A stretch of 63,997 nucleotides of DNA, the filler included, from Raillietiella orientalis (Eukaryota), in the NCBI GenBank assembly GCA_036172245.1. It is 3 parts of 3 records of this genome, joined end to end, with 100 filler letters (N's around TTAATTAATTAA, not from the genome) between each part and the next. Parts side by side here need not be neighbours in the genome. Positions count along the whole stretch, not along the records: positions 1 to 28,045 come from JAYWIR010000210.1; positions 28,146 to 56,034 come from JAYWIR010000211.1; 1 more part is not named here. One strand, written 5' to 3'. The notes beneath the pieces are model-generated. The model did no database searches, was not told where the DNA came from, and worked only from the letters and a program-made list of their open reading frames with translations. Position numbers and translations under genes: made by a program. Each line of letters opens with the position of its first letter. Positions within the stretch are counted from its first letter, which is position 1. Shown in pieces: positions 26,171-40,100 of the stretch.

Positions 26171-27994
26171 CTATTTCTTGGCCATCCTGAGCTTCTTCTG
26201 TCTGAGAGAGCGTGCTCTTCCAGACCATGAAGAAGCAGCGGGCTTCTCGCTGCCGGTGTCACTCTTTGTTCCGGTAAGGTCAGTTACTTCCATCTCCTTC
26301 GTAGAGTGTTCGGCTGGCGCGATCAATTTGCGAGATAGCGCTTCTATATCGACCTTGGCGCAGAAGTTCGCCTTTACGTCAAGAAGCTGTTTCTCTAGCT
26401 TCTCGCGCTCGGTGACCTCCACAACCTGGTTGACCTTCTACTGTACATTGCTGATCTTCTGCAAGATTTTCTCTTGCTGGGGACCGCTCTGCACCTCTAG
26501 GTCTTCAGTAGCCAGTGATGCCAGCTCCACCGTAGATTGCAGGGCCTCCTGCGTCACCGGAGTGGCTTCGGCTATTTCTTCCTCCGCGCCTTCCTACGCT
26601 ACCTCCATATTCTCGCCATCTTGCTTTTCACCTTTCAGGATAAGAGGAGTTTCTTGCTCTTTGACGAGCATCCTCCTCTTTACTTTCTTTCCTACCTGGA
26701 TGAAGCCGTTTGTCGATACCTTGACGGCTTCCTTCACCTTCTTCGGCCTTCCTGTCCACTTCTCAGGCTGTTCCACCTCGTTGATGTTTCTCTCTCTCAC
26801 GAGAGAGAGTCCTCGAATCCTTCTACAATTGGCGAATTCCAAACAGCTCCTTTTAGCATGTCCGTGTTTCTTGCAGAAGGAGCACACTTCCGGTTGCGTG
26901 CAGTTTCGAAGTTGGTGTCCTACTTTGCCGCAGCGGAAGAAACGGCATGTTGGGCAAATGCCGGCTTTGTGGCCGAACTGCTTGCACCCGGTGCAGAATA
27001 CCGGTTGTCGCCGGTAGCGCACGTTCACTCTCTGCGATTGTTTGTCAATGATCGCCAACTCAGGAATAAGAGCTCCCTGCTTCATCTTCATCATGGCGAT
27101 CATGTCGCCAGAAAATATATTTCCAGAGAGGTTCTGGAATTCAAATTCCAGAACCAGCCATAACTGCTCAAAAAAGTTCCACACCGTTAGTTGCGGTGTG
27201 AGGATGGAAATGATGTTTAAGAAGACGGTCGTGTATGGCATCTCGTCATTACCACGAACCATCCTTCCTTGAATATTAATCCCCTTCTGCATCAATCTCT
27301 CTCTGATGTGTTCACAGTCTGTAAATACTGTGAAACCGTTGCTACTTGGTATAATCGCCTCTATGCGATCAAAATCGATATCTGTTTTATCCAGGGACGG
27401 ATACACCAATCTGATATTGTTGAATTTTATAAGCCCAGTCTTCAAAATAATGAGCTTTACATTCGGCCCTAGCTCGACTATCGGCCTAGCTACCTACTGA
27501 ACTTTTCCACATAGCGGCTTTCCAAATTTCTTTATCGGGTGGACACTCGCTTATCCAGCCTCCACCGACGCATAGGAAAAGGGTTGCACCGCCGCAGCCG
27601 AACAAGATGGCGTCACGCCCTGTACCGCGTGGCCGCCCGCGGATCCCTCCGGGGACGCCGCTGCCGCGGGCGCAGCCTTCGACGTTGCCACCGTTGCCGC
27701 CGCTGGCGGCTCCCTCGGCATCGCCTCTGCAGGCGCGACCTTCCCCGCCGCGGGCACGATCCCTGGCGTCGCCGCTGGGGGCACGACCTCCACCGTCGTC
27801 CCCGCAGGCACGATCCTTGGCATCGCCACCACCAGCTTAGCAAAGCCTGCTGAAGGCGCTATCCTCGGCATGCCGGCCACCGCCTCGCCGTTGCCGCACG
27901 TCACCTCCGTGGCTTCCATGGAAGACCACGGGCTTTCCACTCCTCCCCCAGGTGCCTGCATCCTAGGAGCTGGTGTTGCTACACAGGACGCCAA
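26171..27994 (-). pseudogene. E8 ORF1 (Ala/Pro-rich N-terminus, three CCHC knuckles, coiled-coil-like C-terminus)
   Basis: ORFs 27551..27994, 26594..27445 and 26171..26422 are all in one frame. Knuckles CTGCKQFGHKAGIC, FFRCGKVGHQLRNC (degenerate) and CSFCKKHGHAKRSC. Confidence 0.82.
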
Positions 27995-28045
27995 CAGATC
28001 TTCCGCCGTGATCTTTTCGGCGGTTTTTTTGAAGCTGTATGAGAA

Positions 28046-28145
28046 NNNNNNNNNNNNNNNNNNNNNNNNNNNNNNNNNNNNNNNNNNNNTTAATTAATTA
28101 ANNNNNNNNNNNNNNNNNNNNNNNNNNNNNNNNNNNNNNNNNNNN
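28046..28145. other. Artificial assembly gap/linker (N44-TTAATTAATTAA-N44)
   Basis: Exactly 100 bp with a central palindrome giving stops in all six frames; identical in layout to the second gap. Confidence 0.95.
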
Positions 28146-31100
28146 GCAGTCAAATGGACGTTTGTGCGGGTATCCATGACGTAATTTTCAGCTCCCTGCA
28201 AATGGACGCTTCGGTGAGAGGCGCAAAAGTGCAAAGGTGTCATCTGCTGATTTCGAATTGATTACAAACCCCTAACGTCCAAATTCGGTCCACATAATGC
28301 ATCAAATTGACGGAAAACATTCCCTTTCTAATTCCGACATTGGTTACCATGAAAACGAAACAGAGACCAAAGTGCCCCACCCTAAGCAAAGGACGCACTC
28401 ATCTCAATGTTCTTCTGAATCCAGTCAAATGGACGTTTGTGCGGGTATCCATGACACTAATTTGCAACTCACTGCAAATGGACGCTTCGGGGAGAGGCGC
28501 AAAGGTGCAAGGGTGTCATCTGCTGATTTCGAATTGATTACAAACCCTTAAACGTCCAAATTCGGTCCACATAATGAATCAAATTTACGGAAAACATTCC
28601 CTTTCTAATTCCGACACTGGTAGCCATGAAAACGAAACAGAGACCAAAGTGCCCCACCCTAAGGAAAGGACGCACTCATCTCAATGTTCTTCTGAATCCA
28701 GTCAAATGTACGTATGTGCAGCTATCCATGCCACGAATTTCCCGCTCGCTGCAAATGGACGCTTCGGGGAGAGGCGCAAAAGTGCAAAGGTGTCATCTGC
28801 TGATTTCGAATTGATTACAAACCTTCAAACGTCCAAATTCGGTCCACATAATGAATCAAATTTACGGAAAACATTCCCTTTCTAATTCCGACACTGGTAG
28901 CCATGAAAACGAAACAGAGACCAAAGTGCCCCACCCTAAGCAAAGGACGCACTCATCTCAATGTTCTTCTGAATCCAGTCAAATGGACGTTTGTGCGGGT
29001 ATCCATGACGCTAATTTGCAACTCACTGCAAATGGACGCTTCGGGGAGAGGCGCAAAGGTGCAAAGGTGTCATCTGCTGATTTCGAATTGATTACAAACC
29101 CTTAAATGTCCAAATTCGGTCCATATAATGAATCAAATTGAAAGAATACCTTCCCTTTCTAATTCCGACACTGGTGACCATGAAAACGAAACAGAGTCCA
29201 AAGTGCCCCACCCTAAGGAAAGCACGCACTCATCTCAATGTTCTTCTGAACCCAGTCAACTGGACGTATGTGCGGCTATCCATGACGCTAATTTGCAACT
29301 CACTGCAAATGGACGCTTCGGGGAGAGGCGCAAAAGTGCAAAGGTGTCATCTGCTGATTTCGAATTGATTACAAACCCTTAAACGTCCAAATTCGGTCCA
29401 CATAATGAATCAAATTGACGGAAAGCATTCCCTTTCTAATTCCGACACTGGTAACCATGAAAACGAAACAGAGTCCAAAGTGCCCCACCCTAAGCAAAGG
29501 ACGCACTCATCTCAATGTTCTTCTGAATCCAGTCAAATGCACGTTTGTGCGGGTATCCATGACGGTAATTTTCAACTCACTGCAAATGGACGCTTCAGGG
29601 GGAGGCGCAGAAGTGCAAAGGTGTCATCTGCTGATTTCGAATTGATTACAAACCCTTAAACGTCCAAATTCGGTCCACATAATGAATCAAAGTGAAGAAA
29701 AACCTTCCCTTTCTAATTCCGACACTGGTACCCATGAAAACGAAACAGAGTCCAAAGTGCCCCACCCTAAGGAAAGGACGCACTCATCTCAATGTTCTTC
29801 TGAACCCAGTCAACTGGACGTATGTGCGGCTATCCATGACGCTAATTTGCAACTCACTGCAAATGGACGCTTCGTTGAGAGGCGCAAAAGTGCAAAGGTG
29901 TCATCTGCTGATTTCGAATTGATTACAAACCCTTAAACGTCCAAATTCGGTACACATAATGAATCAAAGTGAAGGAAAACCTTCCCTTTCTAATTCCGAC
30001 ACTGGTAGCCATGAAAACGAAACAGAGTCCAAAGTGCCCAACCCTAAGCAAAGGACGCACTCATCTCAATGTTCTTCTGAATCCAGTCAAATGGACGTTT
30101 GTGCGGGTATCCATGCCACGAATTTGCCGCTCGCTGCAAATGGACGCTTCGGGGAGAGGCGCAAAAGTGCAAGGGTGTCATCTGCTGATTTCGAATTGAT
30201 TACAAACCCTTAAATGTCCAAATTCGGTCCATATAATGAATCAAATTGAAAGAATACCTTCCCTTTCTAATTCCGACACTGGTGACCATGAAAACGAAAC
30301 AGAGTCCAAAGTGCCCCACCCTAAGGAAAGCACGCACTCATCTCAATGTTCTTCTGAACCCAGTCAACTGGACGTATGTGCGGCTATCCATGACGCTAAT
30401 TTGAAACTCACTGCAAATGGACGCTTCGGTTAGAGGCGCAAAAGTGCAAAGGGGTCATCTGCTGATTTCGAATTGATTACAAACCCTTAAACGTCCAAAT
30501 TCGGTCCACATAATGAATCAAAGTGAAGAAAAACCTTCCCTTTCTAATTCCGACACTGGTACCCATGAAAACGAAACAGAGTCCAAAGTGCCCCACCCTA
30601 AGGAAAGGACGCGCTCATCTCAATGTTCTTCTGAAGCCAGTCAAATGTACGTATGTGCAGCTATCCATGCCACGAATTTCCCGCTCGCTGCAAATGGACG
30701 CTTCGGGGAGAGGCGCAAAAGTGCAAAGGTGTCATCTGCTGATTTCGAATTGATTACAAACCTTCAAACGTCCAAATTCGGTCCACATAATGAATCAAAT
30801 TTACGGAAAACATTCCCTTTCTAATTCCGACACTGGTAGCCATGAAAACGAAACAGAGACCAAAGTGCCCCACCCTAAGGAAAGGACGCACTCATCTCAA
30901 TGTTCTTCTGAACCCAGTCAAATGTACGTATGTGCAGCTATCCATGCCACGAATTTCCCGCTCGCTGCAAATGGACGCTTCGGGGAGAGGCGCAAAAGTG
31001 CAAAGGTGTCATCTGCTGATTTCGAATTGATTACAAACCTTCAAACGTCCAAATTCGGTCCACATAATGAATCAAATTTACGGAAAACATTCCCTTTCTA

Positions 31101-34100
31101 ATTCCGACACTGGTAGCCATGAAAACGAAACAGAGACCAAAGTGCCCCACCCTAAGGAAAGGACGCACTCATCTCAATGTTCTTCTGAACCCAGTCAAAT
31201 GTACGTATGTGCAGCTATCCATGCCACGAATTTCCCGCTCGCTGCAAATGGACGCTTCGGGGAGAGGCGCAAAAGTGCAAAGGTGTCATCTGCTGATTTC
31301 GAATTGATTACAAACCTTCAAACGTCCAAATTCGGTCCACATAATGAATCAAATTTACGGAAAACATTCCCTTTCTAATTCCGACACTGGTAGCCATGAA
31401 AACGAAACAGAGACCAAAGTGCCCCACCCTAAGGAAAGGACGCACTCATCTCAATGTTCTTCTGAACCCAGTCAAATGTACGTATGTGCAGCTATCCATG
31501 CCACGAATTTCCCGCTCGCTGCAAATGGACGCTTCGGGGAGAGGCGCAAAAGTGCAAAGGTGTCATCTGCTGATTTCGAATTGATTACAAACCTTCAAAT
31601 GTCCAAATTCGGTCCACATAATGAATCAAATTTACGGAAAACATTCCCTTTCTAATTCCGACACTGGTAGCCATGAAAACGAAACAGAGACCAAAGTGCC
31701 CCACCCTAAGGAAAGGACGCACTCATCTCAATGTTCTTCTGAACCCAGTCAAATGGACGTATGTGCAGCTATCCATGCCACGAATTTCCCGCTCGCTGCA
31801 AATGGACGCTTCGGGGAGAGGCGCAAAAGTGCAAAGGTGTCATCTGCTGATTTCGAATTGATTACAACAAACGTCCAAATTCGGTCCACATAATGAATCA
31901 AATTTACGGAAAACATTCCCTTTCTAATTCCGACACTGGTAGCCATGAAAACGAAACAGAGACCAAAGTGCCCCACCCTAAGGAAAGGACGCACTCATCT
32001 CAATGTTCTTCTGAACCCAGTCAAATGTACGTATGTGCAGCTATCCATGCCACGAATTTCCCGCTCGCTGCAAATGGACGCTTCGGGGAGAGGCGCAAAA
32101 GTGCAAAGGTGTCATCTGCTGATTTCGAATTGATTACAAACCTTCAAACGTCCAAATTCGGTCCACATAATGAATCAAATTTACGGAAAACATTCCCTTT
32201 CTAATTCCGACACTGGTAGCCATGAAAACGAAACAGAGACCAAAGTGCCCCACCCTAAGCAAAGGACGCACTCATCTCAATGTTCTTCTGAATCCAGTCA
32301 AATGGACGTTTGTGCGGGTATCCATGACACTAATTTGCAACTCACTGCAAATGGACGCTTCGGGGAGAGGCGCAAAGGTGCAAGGGTGTCATCTGCTGAT
32401 TTCGAATTGATTACAAACCCTTAAACGTCCAAATTCGGTCCACATAATGAATCAAATTTACGGAAAACATTCCCTTTCTAATTCCGACACTGGTAGCCAT
32501 GAAAACGAAACAGAGACCAAAGTGCCCCACCCTAAGGAAAGGACGCACTCATCTCAATGTTCTTCTGAAGCCAGTCAAATGTACGTATGTGCAGCTATCC
32601 ATGCCACGAATTTCCCGCTCGCTGCAAATGGACGCTTCGGGGAGAGGCGCAAAAGTGCAAAGGTGTCATCTGCTGATTTCGAATTGATTACAAACCTTCA
32701 AACGTCCAAATTCGGTCCACATAATGAATCAAATTTACGGAAAACATTCCCTTTCTAATTCCGACACTGGTAGCCATGAAAACGAAACAGAGACCAAAGT
32801 GCCCCACCCTAAGCAAAGGACGCACTCATCTCAATGTTCTTCTGAACCCAGTCAAATGGACGTATGTGCAGCTATCCATGCCACGAATTTCCCGCTCGCT
32901 GCAAATGGACGCTTCGGGGAGAGGCGCAAAAGTGCAAAGGTGTCATCTGCTGATTTCGAATTGATTACAAACCTTCAAACGTCCAAATTCGGTCCACATA
33001 ATGAATCAAATTTACGGAAAACATTCCCTTTCTAATTCCGACACTGGTAGCCATGAAAACGAAACAGAGACCAAAGTGCCCCACCCTAAGGAAAGGACGC
33101 ACTCATCTCAATGTTCTTCTGAACCCAGTCAAATGTACGTATGTGCAGCTATCCATGCCACGAATTTCCCGCTCGCTGCAAATGGACGCTTCGGGGAGAG
33201 GCGCAAAAGTGCAAAGGTGTCATCTGCTGATTTCGAATTGATTACAAACCTTCAAACGTCCAAATTCGGTCCACATAATGAATCAAATTTACGGAAAACA
33301 TTCCCTTTCTAATTCCGACACTGGTAGCCATGAAAACGAAACAGAGACCAAAGTGCCCCACCCTAAGCAAAGGACGCACTCATCTCAATGTTCTTCTGAA
33401 TCCAGTCAAATGGACGTTTGTGCAGCTATCCATGACACGAATTTGCAGCTCGCTGCAAATGGACGCTTCGGGGAGAGGCGCAAAGGTGCAAGGGTGTCAT
33501 CTGCTGATTTCGAATTCATTACAAACCCTTAAACGTCCAAATTCGGTCCACATAATGAATTAAATTTACGGAAAACATTCAGTTTCTAATTCCGACACTG
33601 GTAGCCATGAAAACGAAACAGAGACCAAAGTGCCCCACCCTAAGGAAAGGACGCACTCATCTCAATGTTCTTCTGAAGCCAGTCAAATGTACGTATGTGC
33701 AGCTATCCATGCCACGAATTTCCCGCTCGCTGCAAATGGACGCTTCGGGGAGAGGCGCAAAAGTGCAAAGGTGTCATCTGCTGATTTCGAATTGATTACA
33801 AACCTTCAAACGTCCAAATTCGGTCCACATAATGAATCAAATTTACGGAAAACATTCCCTTTCTAATTCCGACACTGGTAGCCATGAAAAGGAAACAGAG
33901 ACCAAAGTGCATCACCCTAAGCAAAGGACGCACTCATCTCAATGTTCTTCTGAATCCAGTCAAATGGACGTTTGTGCGGGTATCCATGACGGTAATTCTC
34001 AACTCACTGCAAATGGACGCTTCAGGGGGAGGCGCAGAAGTGCAAAGGTGTCATCTGCTGATTTCGAATTGATTACAAACCCTTAAATGTCCAAATTCGG

Positions 34101-37100
34101 TCCATATAATGAATCAAATTGAAAGAATACCTTCCCTTTCTAATTCCGACACTGGTGACCATGAAAACGAAACAGAGTCCAAAGTGCCCCACCCTAAGGA
34201 AAGCACGCACTCATCTCAATGTTCTTCTGAACCCAGTCAACTGGACGTATGTGCGGCTATCCATGACGCTAATTTGCAACTCACTGCAAATGGACGCTTC
34301 GGGGAGAGGCGCAAAGGTGCAAGGGTGTTATCTGCTGATTTCGAATTGATTACAAACCCTTAAACGTCCAAATTCGGTCCACATAATGAATCAAATTGAC
34401 GGAAAGCATTCCCTTTCTAATTCCGACACTGGTAACCATGAAAACGAAACAGAGTCCAAAGTGCCCCACCCTAAGCAAAGGACGCACTCATCTCAATGTT
34501 CTTCTGAATCCAGTCAAATGCACGTTTGTGCGGGTATCCATGACGGTAATTCTCAACTCACTGCAAATGGACGCTTCAGGGGGAGGCGCAGAAGTGCAAA
34601 GGTGTCATCTGCTGATTTCGAATTGATTACAAACCCTTAAACGTCCAAATTCGGTCCACATAATGAATCAAAGTGAAGAAAAACCTTCCCTTTCTAATTC
34701 CGACACTGGTACCCATGAAAACGAAACAGAGTCCAAAGTGCCCCACCCTAAGGAAAGGACGCACTCATCTCAAGGTTTTCTGAATCCAGTCAAATGGACG
34801 TTTGTGCAGCTATCCATGCCACGAATTTCCCGCTCGCTGCAAATGGACGCTTCGGGGAGAGGTGCAAAAGTGCAAAGGTGTCATCTGCTGATTTCGAATT
34901 GATTATAAACCCTTAAACGTCCAAATAAGGGCCACTTAATGAATCAAAGAGAAGAAAAGATTCCCTTTCTACTTTCGACACTGGTAACCATGAAAACGAA
35001 ACAGAGTCCAAAGTGCCCTACCCGAAGGAAAGGACGCACTCATCTCAATGTTCTTCTGAACCCAGTCAAATGTACGTATGTGCAGCTATCCATGACACGA
35101 ATTTCCCGCTCGCTGCAAATGGACGCTTCGGGGAGAGGCGCAAAAGTGCAAAGGTGTCATCTGCTGATTTCGAATTGATTACAAACCTTCAAAAGACCAA
35201 AATTCGGTCCACATAATGAATCAAATTTACGGAAAACATTCCCTTTCTAATTCCGACACTGGTAGCCATGAAAACGAAACAGAGACCAAAGTGCCCCACC
35301 CTAAGGAAAGGACGCACTCATCTCAATGTTCTTCTGAATCCAGTCAAATGGACGTTTGTGCGGGTATCCATGACGCTAATTTGCAACTCACTGCAAATGG
35401 ACGCTTCGGGGAGAGGCGCAAAGGTGCAAAGGTGTCATCTGCTGATTTCGAATTGATTACAAACCCTTAAACGTCCAAATTCGGTACACATAATGAACCA
35501 AAGTGAAGGAAAACCTTCCCTTTCTAATTCCGACACTGGTAGCCATGAAAACGAAACAGAGTCCAAAGTGCTCCACCCTAAGGAAAGCACGCACTCATCT
35601 CAATGTTCTTCTGAACCCAGTCAACTGGACGTATGTGCGGCTATCCATGACGCTAATTTGAAACTCACTGCAAATGGACGCTTCGGTTAGAGGCGCAAAA
35701 GTGCAAAGGGGTCATCTGCTTATTTCGAATTGATTACAAACCCTTAAACGTCCAAATTCGGTCCACATAATGAATCAAAGTGAAGAAAAACCTTCCCTTT
35801 CTAATTCCGACACTGGTACCCATGAAAACGAAACAGAGTCCAAAGTGCCCCACCCTAAGGAAAGGACGCGCTCATCTCAATGTTCTTCTGAAGCCAGTCA
35901 AATGTACGTATGTGCAGCTCTCCATGCCACGAATTTCCCGCTCGCTGCAAATGGACGCTTCGGGGAGAGGCGCAAAAGTGCAAAGGTGTCATCTGCTGAT
36001 TTCGAATTGATTACAAACCCTTAAACGTCCAAATTCGGTCCACATAATGAATCAAAGTGAAGAAAAACCTTCCCTTTCTAATTCCAACACTGGTAGCCAT
36101 GAAAACGAAACAGAGTACAAAGTACCCCACCCTAAGCAAAGGACGCACTCATCTCAATGTTCTTCTGAACCCAGTCAAATGTACGTATGTGCAGCTATCC
36201 ATGCCACGAATTTCCCGCTCGCTGCAAATGGACGCTTCGGGGAGAGGCGCAAAAGTGCAAAGGTGTCATCTGCTGATTTCGAATTGATTACAAACCTTCA
36301 AACGTCCAAATTCGGTCCACATAATGAATCAAATTTACGGAAAACATTCCCTTTCTAATTCCGACACTGGAAGCCATGATAACGAAACAGAGACCAAAGT
36401 GCCCCACCCTAAGCAAAGGACGCACTCATCTCAATGTTCTTCTGAACCCAGTCAAATGTACGTATGTGCAGCTATCCATGCCACGAATTTCCCGCTCGCT
36501 GCAAATGGACGCTTCGGGGAGAGGCGCAAAAGTGCAAAGGTGTCATCTGCTGATTTCGAATTGATTACAAACCTTCAAACGTCCAAATTCGGTCCACATA
36601 ATGAATCAAATTTACGGAAAACATTCCCTTTCTAATTCCGACACTGGTAGCCATGAAAACGAAACAGAGACCAAAGTGCCCCACCCTAAGCAAAGGACGC
36701 ACTCATCTCAATGTTCTTCTGAATCCAGTCAAATGGACGTTTGTGCGGGTATCCATGACGCTAATTTGCAACTCACTGCAAATGGACGCTTCGGGGAGAG
36801 GCGCAAAAGTGCAAAGGTGTCATCTGCTGATTTCGAATTGATTACAAACCCTTAAACGTCCAAATTCGGTCCACATAATGAATCAAATTGAAGGAAAACA
36901 TTCCCTTTCTAATTCCGACACTGGTAGCCATGAAAACGAAACAGAGTCCAAAGTGCCCCACCCTAAGCAAAGGACGCACTCATCTCAATGTTCTTCTGAA
37001 TCCAGTCAAATGCACGTTTGTGCGGGTATCCATGACGGTAATTTTCAACTCACTGCAAATGGACGCTTCAGGGGGAGGCGCAAAAGTGCAAAGGTGTCAT

Positions 37101-40100
37101 CTGCTGATTTCGAATTGATTACAAACCCTTAAACGTCCAAATTCGGTCCACATAATGAATCAAAGTGAAGGAAAACCTTCCCTTTCTAATTCCGACACTG
37201 GTAGCCATGAAAACGAAACAGAGTCCAAAGTGCCCCACCCTAAGGAAAGGACGCACTCATCTCAATGTTCTTCTGAAGCCAGTCAAATGTACGTATGTGC
37301 AGCTATCCATGCCACGAATTTCCCGCTCGCTGCAAATGGACGCTTCGGGGAGAGGCGCAAAAGTGCAAAGGTGTCATCTGCTGATTTCGAATTGATTACA
37401 AACCTTCAAACGTCCAAATTCGGTCCACATAATGAATCAAATTTACGGAAAACATTCCCTTTCTAATTCCGACACTGGTAGCCATGAAAACGAAACAGAG
37501 ACCAAAGTGCCCCACCCTAAGCAAAGGACGCACTCATCTCAATGTTCTTCTGAATCCAGTCAAATGCACGTTTGTGCGGGTATCCATGACGGTAGTTTTC
37601 AACTCACTGCAAATGGACGCTTCGGGGAAGGGCGCAAAAGTGCAAAGGTGTCATCTGCTGATTTCGAATTGATTACAAACCCTTAAACGTCCACATTGGG
37701 TCCACATAATGAATCAAAGTGAAGGAAAACCTTCCCTTTCTAATTCCGACACTTGTAACCATGAAAACGAAACAAAGTCCAAAGTGCCCCACCCTAAGGA
37801 AAGGACGCACTCATCTCAATGTTCTTCTGAACCCAGTCAAATGGACGTTTGTGCAGCTATCCATGCCACGAGTTTGCCGCTCGCTGCAAATGGACGCTTC
37901 GGGGAGAGGCGCAAAAGTGCAAAGGTGTCATGTGCTGATTTCGAATTGAATACAAACCCTTAAACGTCCAAATTCGGTCCATATAATGAATCAAAGTGAA
38001 GGAAAACCTTCCCTTTCTGATTCCGACACTGGTGACCATGAAAACGAAACAGAGACCAAAGTGCCCCACCCGAAGGAAAGGACGCACTCATCTCAAGGTT
38101 TTCTGAATCCAGTCAAATGGACGTTTGTGCGGGTATCCATGACGGTAATTTTCAACTCACTGCAAATGGACGCTTCGGTGAGAGGCACAAAAGTGCAAAG
38201 GTGTCATCTGCTGATTTCGAATTAATTACAAACCCTTGAACCTCCAAATTCGGTCCACATAATGAATCAAATTGACGGAAAAAATTCCCTTTCTAATTCT
38301 GACACTGGTAACCATGAAAACGAAACAGAGTCCAAAGTGCCCCACCCTAAGGAAAGGACGCACTCATCTCAATGTTCTTCTGAACCCAGTCAAATGGACG
38401 TTTGTGCGGCTATCCATGCCACGAATTTGCCGCTCGCTGCAAATGGACGCTTCGGGGAGAGGAGCAAAAGTTCAAAGGAGTCATCTACTGATTTCGAGTT
38501 GATTACAAACCCTTAAACGTCCAACTTCGGTCCACATTATGAATCAAAGTGAAGAAAAACCTTCCCTTTCTAATTCCGACACTGGTAACCATGAAAACGA
38601 AACAGAGTCCAAAGTGCCCCACCCTAAGGAAAGGACGCACTCATCTCAATGTTCTTCTGAACCCAGTCAAATGGACGTATGTGCAGCTATCCATGCCACG
38701 AGTTTGCCGCTCGCTGCACATGGACGCTTCGGAGAGAGGCGCAAAAGTGCAAAGGTGTCATCTGCTGATTTCGAATTGATTACAAACCCTTAAACGTCCA
38801 AATTCGGTCCATATAATGAATCAAAGTGAAGGAAAACCTTCCCTTTCTGATTCCGACACTGGTGACCAGGAAAACGAAACAGAGACCAAAGTGTCCCACC
38901 CGAAGGAAAGGACGCACTCATCTCAAGGTTTTCTGAATCCAGTCAAATGGACGTATGTGCAGCTATCCATGCCACGAATTTGCCGTTCGCTGCAAATGGA
39001 CGCTTCGGGGAGAGGCGCAAAAGTGCAAAGGTGTCATGTGCTGATTTCGAATTGATTACAAACCCTTAAACGTACAAATTCGGTCCATATAATGAATCAA
39101 AGTGAGGGAAAACCTTCCATTTCTAATTCCGACACTGGTAACCATGAAAACGAAACAGAGACCAAAGTGCCCCACCCGAAGGAAAGGACGCACTCATCTC
39201 AAGGTTTTCTGAATCCAGTCAAATGGACGTTTGTGCAGCTATCCATGCCACGAATTTCCCGCTCGCTGCAAATGGACGCTTCGGGGAGAGGTGCAAAAGT
39301 GCAAAGGTGTCATCTGCTGATTTCGAATTGATTACAAACCTTCAAAAGTCCAAATTCGGTCCACATAATGAATCAAATTTACGGAAAACATTCCCTTTCT
39401 AATTCCGACACTGGTAGCCATGAAAACGAAACAGAGACCAAAGTGCCCCACCCTAAGGAAAGGACGCACTCATCTCAATGTTCTTCTGAATCCAGTCAAA
39501 TGGACGTTTGTGCGGGTATCCATGACGCTAATTTGCAACTCACTGCAAATGGACGCTTCGGTTAGAGGCTCAAAAGTGCAAAGGGGTCATCTGCTGATTT
39601 CGAATTGATTAGGAACCCTTAAACGTCCAAATTCGGTCCACATAATGAATCAAATTGACGGAAAGCATTCCCTTTCTAATTCCGACACTGGTAACCATGA
39701 AAACGAAACAGAGTCCAAAGTGCCCCACCCTAAGGAAAGGACGCACTCATCTCAATGTTCTTCTGAATCCAGTCAAATGCACGTTTGTGCGGGTATCCAT
39801 GACGGTAATTTTCAACTCACTGCAAATGGACGCTTCAGGGGGAGGCGCAAAAGTGCAAAGGTGTCATCTGCTGATTTCGAATTGATTACAAACCTTCAAA
39901 AGTCCAAATTCGGTCCACATAATGAATCAAATTTACGGAAAACATTCCCTTTCTAATTCCGACACTGGTAGCCATGAAAACGAAACAGAGACCAAAGTGC
40001 CCCACCCTAAGGAAAGGACGCACTCATCTCAATGTTCTTCTGAATCCAGTCAAATGGACGTTTGTGCGGGTATCCATGACGCTAATTTGCAACTCACTGC

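Larger units (their letters stand above)
22506..28045 (-). mobile_element. Near full-length decayed LINE of a second, more distant L1/Tx1-like family (E8)
   Basis: ORF1 with CCHC knuckles, then ORF2 with SWNVNG, NVYGP, WRPISILN, KKAFD, RQGDSLSP, HADD, GGSG and CAACG...HVLTC in the expected order, followed by a 3' UTR. The 3' boundary is approximate. Confidence 0.88.

Noticed and set aside
28090..28101. TTAATTAATTAA as a piggyBac TTAA site or biological palindrome
   Set aside because: It is centred in a fixed-length N run and repeated identically at 56079, so it is an artificial six-frame stop linker.
29171..29206. Hammerhead ribozyme/retrozyme in the satellite (CTGGTGA...CGAAACAGAGTC)
   Set aside because: The core differs from CUGANGA at an invariant A, appears only in some monomers (others CTGGTAG/CTGGTAA, GAGACC), and I could not form stems I or II. 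An Infernal/RNAMotif scan would settle it.
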